In this document: positions 1 through 10,158 of the stretch, in pieces
How the letters are laid out: every line of letters begins with the position of its first letter
How positions within the stretch are numbered: the stretch's first letter is position 1
NCBI GenBank assembly: GCA_054661495.1
Contig: BAAFSQ010000105.1
Location: 1 to 30,382, forward strand
Direction: 5' to 3'
Length of the DNA stretch: 30,382 nt
Source: Zygophlyctis sp. KS116
Lineage: Eukaryota > Fungi > Chytridiomycota
Notes under the pieces: generated by a model
Told to the model about the DNA's origin: nothing
The model's database searches: none
What the model saw: the letters and a program-made list of their open reading frames with translations, nothing else
Program-made: the position numbers and the translations under genes

Positions 1-480
1 TTGAAGCTCAAGGCTTTGCAAGACTCTACTGATTTAGAGCAATCAAGACTTAAAGACGAAATAATTGTATTAGAAAAAGGCACTATCGAATCTCAGGATA
101 AAAATGCAGAATTGACCAGTCAAATTGCAGAATTGGAATTAAAGCTTAAAAGCCTGCAGGATTCTAGTGATTTAGAGCAATCAAGACTTAAAGACGAAAT
201 CATTTTATTAGAAAAGGGCACTATCGAATCTCAGGATAAAAATGCAGAATTGACCAGTCAAATTGTAGAATTGGAATTAAAGCTTAAAAGCCTGCAGGAT
301 TCTAGTGATTTAGAGCAATCAAGACTAAAAGAAGAAATAATTGTATTAGAACAGGGTCGTATAGATTCGCAGGCTAAAAATTCACACTTAAACGGTGAGA
401 TGGCAGAATTGGACTTAAAGCTTCATAACCTGCAAGATTCTAGTAATTTGGACCAATCAAGACTCAGAGAAGATATATCA
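1..480 (+). repeat. 138-nt (46-aa) tandem coding repeat, about 3.5 copies in the window
   Basis: GATTTAGAGCAATCAAGACT recurs at 31, 169 and 307, with a degenerate copy at 445. Peptide unit: LKLKSLQDSSDLEQSRLKDEIIxLEKGTIESQDKNAELTSQIxELE. Confidence 0.95.
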
Positions 481-3400
481 AGACTTGAAAAAGAGCTTGG
501 TGATAATGCAAAAGCAGCAGAGCTGGAAAAAGAAACGCTTTCTGAAGAAATCAATTCTTTATTAGAGCAGTTGGATAGTCTGAAAAACCTGCTGGCTAAT
601 AATGAAACAGAATTGCAAACTTTTATGGAGAAACTTTTTGATGAGGAAAATAGTAAAAAACAGAAAGAAATCCTATATTCAAGTCAAATTCAAAAGGTGG
701 AGGGTGAATATATGTCATATAAAAAAGATATGGACCAAAAAGCTCAAGAATTCGAGTCTATAAAGGACAAGATTGCAATGGAAGAGAAGAGACGATTTGA
801 CGTCGAAACAGCAACAATGAAACGAATTTCTGAATTAGAGCAAGAGAACTTTGACTTAAAAAATCAAATATTTATCATGGAAAAAGACATTCAAAGCCTT
901 GGAGATAGTTTAGAAAATTTTAAAATCTTGCATTCTGAAAAACAAGAAGAGTCCTTGGTTGCATTGACAAACCGTGATGAAGAAATCATATCGCTTAAAA
1001 ATGAATTGGGAGAAAAAGAAAAATACATAAAGACGGAAGAGACTTCATATATACTCCAAGTAAAAGATTTGGAAGCAGAATATATATCATACAAATCCGA
1101 ATTAGATTCTCGAAAACTGGAATTAAATAATTTGGTAGAAAAAAGAAATTTAGAGGAAAAGACTTTCCGTGACTCTGAAATATCTGCCAAAAATTTGGTC
1201 CTAGTTCTTCAAAAAGAAAATTCAGATCTAAAAGAACAATTATCACTTTCCGCTTCAGACTTGAGTGACCTCAAATCTCAAATTCTAGTTTTGCAAGAGA
1301 AACATGAAGTTTTTCGAAAAGAAACATTTGATAGAATACGAGAACATGCTGATGGAGAAAAGTCTCTAAAACAAGCACTTCATTTAAAAGAATTGGAAGA
1401 AAATGAATCTATCAAAAATCTAAGAAATCAATTACAAAGTTTGCAACAAGAAAAAAAGATTCAACATGATAAAATGAATCAACTTGGAGAACTTGAACTA
1501 GAATATTCATCTTATAAAACCCAAATTTCAATTCGTTCTCAAGAATTTGAAGAACTTCGTTCAAAGCTCTCTATTGAACAAGAAAAAAAATCAAAATCTA
1601 TTAGCCTTTTACGTAGCTCTAAAACAAGAATTCAAGCTCTTGAAACTGAATTACTTAAAAAAGAGGAAATCATATCATCACTTTCTGAACAGATTTCTAG
1701 ATTTGCACAAAAAATTTCTGAAAAAGATGCACAATTAACTAATTTAATGAATCAAAATCTATCAATACAAGATAAAAACAACAAATTATCATCAAAAGAC
1801 TCTAAAAAAGAAAAATTACTTCTGGAACAAGAACGTCTTCGTATTAAAATCCAAGAAATGGAAACCCGAGTCTCTGATTACCAAATTCTAAAAAGAGACT
1901 TTGAGACTATATCAACCGATGCGGATAACCTAAAAAAACTAAATATAAAACTACAAGAAGAAATTCAAAGTCTCCCTAATGAAATTAGATCTTATAAATC
2001 CAGACTAGAAGATCTTGAATCAGACTTGGAATCTACTCGCCAGCTTTATCAAAAGAAATCTAATGAGAACGAATCTCTTAATCTTAAAATAACCCAACTT
2101 GAATCAAGCATAAAAGAAATCAAAAGACAAGCTTCTGAACTTGGAAATACATACAAGGTACTTTTACTCTATAATTTATTTTAGAAAAGAATTTTAGAAG
2201 TTGAATCAAACTCTACACTCTCAGTCTCTGAAAATCTACAAAAGCTTCAAGACAAGGAAGATCAAATAGAAGATTTATTAATTAAACAGTTACAACTAGA
2301 GTCTATCAACAAGTCTCTAAAAGAACAATTGGACAAGACGTAGGAGATTAAATAGAATAATTCAAGGCCTAGCATATTAAATAGAATAATTTGAGATTGT
2401 GTGGCACTTTCCATTCTAATGATTAACGCGCAGAGTCTAGAACAACAACTACAACAACAACTAGAACAACTAAGAGAGAAACTCTTTGAAAACTCTAATG
2501 AAAACTCTAGTCTCAAAATACAATTAGGAAAATTACGACTGCAATTGTCACTGGAAGAAGAGAAAAAGGCAAAATCCATTCAATTACTTAAAAATGCTAA
2601 AATGAAAATTCAAAGTCTAGAGTCTCAAAAGTCTTTGACAGACTCTAAAACTGGAAATTTAGAAACAAAAGTCTTGAATTTACAAAAGGAAATAACTCTC
2701 AAAGATGTCGAAATTGCAGATTTAATGACTCAGATTCTAAATATTCAGGAAAAAGACTCTATAGATTATTACAAAAATTTAGAATTGGAAATTGAAAATT
2801 ACAAAATTAAATTAGAATCAAAGTCATTGGAAATTCAAAATTACACTCAAATAATTCAGGAAAAATCTCTAGAGAATGAATCTCTCTCTTTAGAAAATTC
2901 TAAATTACAGGTTTTATATTTTGACAAGTCGGTTTATCAAGAGGATTTTAAATTATTGCAAAGTCAAGTCACTGAATTACAGAAAGAATTAGAATTGAAA
3001 GATGCTCAAAATCTGCTTTTAAAATCAGAGTTTAAGGCTATGGAAAATTCAAAGGAAATGGCTCAGTCTCAAATAAAGGATTTGGAATTGGAAGTAGAAA
3101 TCATTTCTTCTCTAAAAGAAAGGATTCATACTTTAGAAAAAGAAGTACAAGATTGTCAAAAAGTTCAGGAAATGGAAATTATTAGGATTTCTAGGGAGAA
3201 TGAAATCAAGTTAAAGGAGACAATGGATAAATTAAGTGAAAGTTTAGAGCTTTTAAATGATTTAAAGGCAAGGCAGTTACAGCTATCAAATATAAATAGA
3301 GTAAATTTACAAAAATTTCTAAAAAATATAGTCTTTAAAGGATGAAGTACGTAAACTTTCAAAAGGTTCTAGATTTTCTTCTAGATCATCATCTGGGAAT

Positions 3401-3667
3401 TCTACTCCTTCTTTATCTAGGAATAGTTCTGGTTATTTACCTGGAAGTCCATATTTTTCTTCAAATTTAACTCTACAAATTGATACTAATAAAAAGGGTG
3501 GATGGAAAGGAGCAGAGTTGGACATGTCGGAAAAGGAGTACTTGAAGATTGTTTTTCTCAAATTTTTGGAATTTAAAGACAAGGGAAAACTGCTGCCTGT
3601 TTTAGGAAATCTTTTACAATTGAATCAAGATGAATTATCAATGGCAATGACAAATGTAAAAAACTAA
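1..3667 (+). CDS. Long coiled-coil golgin with C-terminal GRIP domain (Imh1/golgin-97-like), 5'-partial, spliced
   Basis: E/K/L/Q-rich coiled coil. Intron 2158-2184 (27 nt) restores the frame (TYK|KRILEVES), and intron 3301-3331 (31 nt) opens a last exon absent from the ORF track: INR|SLKDEVRKL...EKEYLKIVFLKFLEFKDKGKLLPVLGNLLQLNQDELSMAMTNVKN*, matching the GRIP consensus EYLKxxxxxFL...LLPVLxxLLQ. The junction at 2340-2435 is unresolved (one gene or two). Confidence 0.75.
2347..2391. repeat. 16-nt perfect direct repeat ATTAAATAGAATAATT
   Basis: Copies at 2347-2362 and 2376-2391, inside the non-coding gap of the golgin locus. Confidence 0.9.
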
Positions 3668-4131
3668 TTATTTGCGTAAATGGAATTCATTTCTTGATCA
3701 TCCACAAGATCTAAAGATGTAAAACCTTTAGAATTTAGTAGATTTTGTTGTGCTCCTCTTTCTAACAGTAACTGAACTACATCTCTAGCTCCGAGAAAAG
3801 TTGCTAAATGCAATGCAGTATTCCCTCCCTACAATTAACCGGGCAATCTTACACCAAAAGTTGAGTTTAGATCATCTGAATTAGTCCTTTGTATAATATC
3901 TTTAGCAATATCATCCTGTCCACAGAATATTGATAGATGTAGAGGAGTCATTGATCCTAGATATGCTCCAAGTAGCTTGTATGCATCATTTTCTAGATTT
4001 TTGTCCCAAGTCAATGCTGGGAATCTAGATGTAGCAGATGCTAGAGATGGAGTTTCCAAGAGTGCATTTCGGACAGCCTCTGCATCGCCATTTTGAATGC
4101 TTGACCAAATACACGACATTATGTTTGTCAT
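3664..4131 (-). CDS. Small ankyrin-repeat protein (147 aa), 2 exons
   Basis: Intron 3829-3852 (24 nt, gtaagattgcccggttaattgtag) joins ...MTPLHLSIFCGQDDIAKDII...NSTFG to GGNTALHLATFLGARDVVQLLLERGAQQNLLNSKGFTSLDL...ANN*. TPLH/TALH ankyrin motifs; spliced CDS 444 nt. Confidence 0.92.
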
Positions 4132-4132
4132 G

Positions 4133-4151
4133 ACGCGAATCTACGCGAATC
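4133..4151. promoter_or_regulatory. Tandem ACGCGAATC motifs immediately upstream of the ankyrin ATG, in the ankyrin/DOCK divergent spacer
   Basis: The sequence acgcgaatctacgcgaatc holds two CGCG cores in otherwise very AT-rich intergenic DNA and resembles MCB/SCB-type cores. Function is inferred only. Confidence 0.4.
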
Positions 4152-4366
4152 GAATAAATATGTTAAATCAGGGATAAATTAAAGAATACAGCAGTAAATA
4201 CTAGGAAATATCTTTCAGTGGATTGTATAACATGAAATTTTTGTTGCACTGCAAAATAAATTTTTTTAAACCTTATCTATTGAAAATTTAACTGCTGATC
4301 TCTTTCAGCTCAAGACGAGGAAGAGGCGCAACTGTTCAAGGCCTCGGGGACAAGGATCGATCAAAA

Positions 4367-7300
4367 ATGATTGCAAAGAACAGATGGACTCCTTATCTTG
4401 CATATGGTATGGCTATTGATGATTATGTTTCAACCGACGACTCAGGAATCTCCCTAAAGAAGGAAGAATCTGTTGTGATCATTGAAAGGATTCATAATTG
4501 GTTCAGAGGATATTCAACATTGTCAGATAAGAAAATCTTAAGAATATTTCCTCAGTCCTGCATCAGATTATTAAATAATGCATCAAACTCCCCAATCGTT
4601 TGTCTAAATTGGGCTAAATTAGATCAGTTTTCTCAAGATCAAGCTGAAATTCATAAAATCAGCCTGGAGGTTGATGCAGCAATAAGAGATTGGTATGATG
4701 CAATCTATGCACTATTGCTAAAATCGGATTATAGCGCATTTCAGAAATTACTGGATTCATTTTACGATTTGATTGAAAAAAAGAGTCAATTGATCTCAAA
4801 TTACAAAACTTTAGCACAAAAAACGCAAATTAAGTCAGATATAGTGGATATAATAGAATGTGGGAATAGATATATCACAAAGGATTTATACCTCAGACAA
4901 AATGGAATGATTTTAACTAATTTAAAGTTTATGCAGCTTTATAAATCACATTGTGAAAGTAACTTTAATCGCTTTAATTAATAGGATTTATTGTGGGCTA
5001 TGATCCTCCCTCACTGCCTCCTAAAGATGTTGGACCCACAAAAATTCAGGTGCTGGTTCAATTGAAAGGTTTAACAGGAGTTGAGCCGCAGAAAACTTTT
5101 CAGGTTCAGATTGGGATTTGGAATGGGAAATCGACTCCTCTTTATCAGCCGGCTTTATTTAAAAAGAGTCTAAATGGGGCTGTTGTTTTTGCTGATATTG
5201 ATAAAAAAGATATTTTTTCAGAAAATATGTTCTTGATTTTAAGAATTTCACAATTGGATAAAGGTATTTTAGATTTTATAAATGCTTTCAGGAATTCTCA
5301 AGCCTCTGGGAAACGGATCTTTGGAATTATCTCAAATGCTGCAAACGTATTTAAGAGATGATCCAATTACAAAAGACTTATCAATCGGTATTTCTGTTCC
5401 GTCAAAGGAAAATGATTATCAAATATTTTTTGGTAACATCCCGTCTAATTCAGAAAAGAAAGTAAATGCTAAATTGGCATTATCTTTCTTTACTGGTGAA
5501 CTATCTGAAGCTTGTCACAATTATCCACTTTTTTTTCATTCCGCCGCAATTAATAGACAATTTGGGAAAGTGTGTTTTTCAGAAACAACAAAAAATACTT
5601 TGCATGTGAATTTACATTCTGCTGATTTATCAAATCAAAAGAAAATTGGTTCAATTAAAAATGTCCAGGTACAAATCGAAGTCAAAGACTCTACAGGAGC
5701 AAATCAGTGCTGTATATTTGATGGCACGCACGATGTTTTACACTCTTCAATCCGATCAGTCGTATTTTCTTCGAATGATTGTCCTGTATGGGACATTCAT
5801 TTAAGAATCGACCTTGATCCTTTAATTATGCTTCAATCACATTTGGTTATCACGCTTGGGAATACAAACGAAAAGGGTGATTTCCAACCATTCTCTTTTG
5901 CATATTTGCCTCTATTCTATAGCCAAAATGAGCCTGTGGGAGATGATTGTCATGCTCTTTCTCTCTATAAATTTGATAGTGCCTTTGCAAGACCTTCAAT
6001 ATATATGACTGTTCCTGCAGGCCCTTCAATTTTTGTTCCTTCTGGTCTATCTTCACTTACTGTCGAAGAATTATACAATGCTGCCGAATATATGGCTTCC
6101 AATAATATAAAATTAAAGGATTCGGTTATGATATCGACAAGATTAGATTCTGCAATGATCACAAAATGCCAGCCCTTGATGATGCTTCTTCATTGGGAAA
6201 ATGTAATTAAAAATCACAGAGGAAATATATTTTCAATCATAAAAGATTGTCATTTGATGGATGAATGCGAGGTATATCGATATTTTCTTATTTTTAGAAA
6301 GTGAAATTTCACTCTCAAATTGTCAGCTCACTAGCAGATATTTTGGATTCTGAAATTGGGGGCTTGGATTATCAGAAAATCAGTGCATGTTCCCTCAATT
6401 TGTTGGTTAATATTTTGTTTTCAATTAAAAGAGCCAAGTCTGGTATTTCTGAACCTCAACTTGTGGAGTTTATTAAGTCAATTAATATTTCTAAAAAGAT
6501 TTCTCAAAGACTTTTAGATGCAGTTAAGAGGCTTCTTGAAGCAAATGAATCGGACTTCACAGAATGTAATGAAAAGTCATTAATTGAATTAATCAAAGTA
6601 TGGGACTTAATATTCATGTTTATCTTGTCTCCGCTTCACTGCAAAACTGACCGTAGGGAAGTACAGTTTATCGCTTCAGATATTTTTGACAAGCTCTTAA
6701 AAATTATGAATAGGCAGAAATTTGTAGCCAATTTTGATTATCATTCATTGATTGCTGAAAATATCTGCCATCTTCTGAAAATTTGGATTCCGTTTCATCC
6801 TATTGAAAAAATCTTTGATTTCATGTCAGATTTTTTGATAGCTGCTAAAAAAAATACTTCTATCCAATTGATATTTATGCACGCTTTTATTTTGGAAGAT
6901 TTTCTTAAAGACTCTACCTACGGCCCTTTTGCTTTGGGACTGATCAGTAGCTGGATACATCTGTATTTAACAGGTAAATGGACAGGAAAGAACTTAGTAA
7001 ATGAATATTCCAGGGTCTCTGTAAAGGTCTTAGTATTTACTACTACTCAAAAAAGACAAGAACTCTCAAAGTTATTGAAATTTCTATCTGACTTTCTTAA
7101 TATTCTCTACTCCTTACCTTCAAATTCAAGATTTGATAAGCTTTCGGAATGCTTATGGATTCTTTTGGAAACATTTTGCAATTACTCGGACTGGAAAAAT
7201 ATGAAGTTAAATTCTTCTCGCCAGAGCAAAATACCATCTTCTTTTGATGATGATAGAAATTCCTGGATGAGCTCCATGGATAAAGCGTCAATAGACCTAT

Positions 7301-10158
7301 CAGAGCTTGCTTCCATAATAATTTCCTTTGTGGATATTCTTCCTGATCAATCCATAGTTGATCAATTTTCAAAATACTTGGAAATTAAAGGGATAGAAGA
7401 ATGTGCTGTATACATGGCTCAATGGCTTGATGCTATTTCCAGTCTAATGACTAATATTTATCCGAATATTTGGGTCGCTATGGGTATGGCAGTAAAGATA
7501 ATCTGTCTTCGTTCATTAACAATATTGAGTCAGTTTATGCTAAAAAATTTTGCTACTTTCTATGGAAGAATATCGGATTCCCCTGTGAAGAGCATAATAG
7601 GTGGCAGCAAGATCGATGGTTATCACTTATGGAGTAGGTTTTTTCGGTCAATTCTTACTTTGACTCATATTCACCATTCTATAAAAAGTGATCTATCATA
7701 TCAGTACGAAATTATCTCGAGTATGTCTCATGTAAATTTTCTGAAGACCAGTTGTGATCTTATAGAGCATGTTTGGGAGGCCTTGGCGAAAAATGTCGAT
7801 TATTATCATATTTTAAAACTGCTTGTACCAAAGTTTTCTGCTGCTTTCCTAGAAATGGCCTTATCTTATGATGAGAATCTTCAGAATGTTGGAATTCACC
7901 TGCTTTTTTCAATGATCAAGCTTGAATTTAGAGTTAATGGTGAATTTACAAGAGTCGAGGAACAAATTTTTGAACAAATGCCCTGGATTGTGGAGAAATC
8001 AAAAACAGCATCGTCCAACGGCTCAACTATTTTGCGATTTTCTCATTTGTTTTTCGAAGCTCCGATAGATTTAGAGAACAAAGACAAGTTTATCGAACAG
8101 GGGAGGAAGTTTATCGCATTTCTAGAAGCTTTTTTGTCGCTTTCATCAGAAATCAATAGCCTCTCTGAAGATCGGCTTAATATAGACGAGAAAGCATACG
8201 CCACTATGAAGATGATTCAGTTCTTGTCCGATTTGAATAAGCCAGAAATGCTTATTGTTTTTATTCAGTCATTATATGATCTTTATTTATCACAAGAGCA
8301 ATACATCGAAGCAGGTATATTACTTAAGCAATATGGTGATACTTTGCCCTGGTCCACTTTTTCTGAAGATGACAAAATGGAAACTGATGAATTGGATAGG
8401 CCAAAATACCGGGACGAAGTTTACAAACGATGTGTTGATATGCTCGATCGTGGTCATTCTTGGGAAAGGGCAATAGAAATTTGCAGAGAATTGTCCGATT
8501 TTTTTCAGTATCAACAATTTAATTTTCAGAATGTTTCTGAAATTTTGACTCGCCAGGTAGAAATTACGGAAAAGATTAGGACGAAAGATCGCTATTATCC
8601 TAATTATTTTTTGGTCAGTTTCTTTGGATATGGTTTCTCAAATGATATTCACGGAAAAGTTTTCGTCTATAAAGGATTATTATGGGAAAAGCTAGGATCG
8701 TTTTGCGAAAGAATGTTAAAAAGACATCCTGGATCAAAGCTAATAAAAGAAATACCTTCAGAATTCGATCCGCTCGAAAATAAGAAACTGATTTTAATTA
8801 GATCAATTGATGCAAATTTGGATGCTCAGATGGTCCCATCGAATCGAGGATCAGCGCATTTGCCATGGCCAAAGATCAACGAAAAGCTGGGTATCAGCTC
8901 GCGGAATGGACCAAAAAGTGCAAGCGATTTGATTAATTCGCCATGTATTGAAAACAAATTCTTCAATAGCATTCCAGGATACATTACGGCTTATTTTGAA
9001 TCGAACGAAACAAATATTTTCTCATATCTCCGACCCATCCGTAGAACAATTTCAGATGATTTTCTTCATTTTGGTAAAGAGGCTTTCGATCACCTTTCTA
9101 ATTATTCTGAGCTGACTGTACTTTATACAAAGGAACGATTTCCAGGGCTTTTATCTCGTTCAGAGGTTATATCAACGGAGTCCTTTGAATTGAATCCAAT
9201 AGAAAATGCTATCATCACAATCAAGAAAAAAAGTAAAGAGCTCTCAAACTTTTTGAAAACGCATAATTATCTTCAGAATATTGATGGATCTCCTGATTCT
9301 AAGATGCGCAGAGACTCAGCTGATACATCGAACAATTCCCATCGACTCTCATTATCATCACAGTATGGGACGAACCACTTTACAATGGCACTGAATGGTG
9401 CTGTTGATGCACCAATCAATGGAGGAATCCCAATGTTTCGCTCGGCATTTTTTAGTGATTGTTATCGTAATTACGCCAAGACTTTAGGAACGGAGTTCTT
9501 GATCGAAGTACTTCGAAAGGCTATCGATGAGGAGGTATGTTTTTAGCCCAATATAAATATCAAGGTGATTATAATGCACCAGTGCCTAAAAGTACATGGC
9601 GGGGTGATTTCCGCTGATATGAGGCCGCTTCATGAACAGCTTATTGCATGTAATTGATTTAATATAGTTTAATATCTAGCTTTCAACAAGAATTTTCAGG
9701 AAGAAATTAATCGAATCAATCTGCGGCCATTACGGCAGACACCAGAAAGCATGCCACTACATTGGATTGCTAGAAATAGTTCGGATGGTGGATTTAGTTT
9801 GAAAACTTCAAATAGCAGGAATCAGTCATTGGTTGATCTTCGTAAATCTGGGGTATCGGCAGTAGAATATACTAGTGCTGGAGATGAATTGAAAAGATTT
9901 TCAGATATGAAACGCCATACCGCATTAAATGTTTTATTGATGGAAAGCTCTGGTAGAGATACATGCGAAGAAGAAAACAGCAACAGCAGAAACTCAAGGA
10001 AAATTTCTGGGACCAACGACTCAATTATTTCAAATATCACTTCAGAATCCGAAAAAATTGAACAAAGATCTTCCGATGGTTCGATCACAAACACTAAAGG
10101 AAAGTTTGGGAAAAAACTTATGATGTTTATTGCACCCAAGATGAAAAAGAATAACTAA
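4367..10158 (+). CDS. DOCK180-family (DOCK-A/B type) Rho-family GEF: SH3, DHR-1 (C2), ARM region, DHR-2; about 1883 aa, 6 exons
   Basis: Introns 4959-4984 (26), 5264-5291 (28), 6272-6297 (26), 9535-9564 (30) and 9650-9679 (30) give a 5652-nt frame. Motifs: N-terminal SH3-like (AIDDY...ISLKKEESVVIIE...NWFRGY...IFPQSCI), C2-like (SSIRSVVFSSNDCPVW...FSFAYLPL) and DHR-2 (YIEAGILL, WERAIEICREL, YFLVSFFGYGF, ELNPIENAI, LNGAVDAPINGG, LKVHG...MRPLHEQL). The start codon is not certain. Confidence 0.92.

Noticed and set aside
7021-7060. Possible hidden intron in the long DOCK exon (gtaaaggtcttagtattt...aaaag)
   Set aside because: The GT-AG pairs examined give 23, 28, 29, 34, 35 or 40 nt, none a multiple of 3, so splicing would break an open frame.
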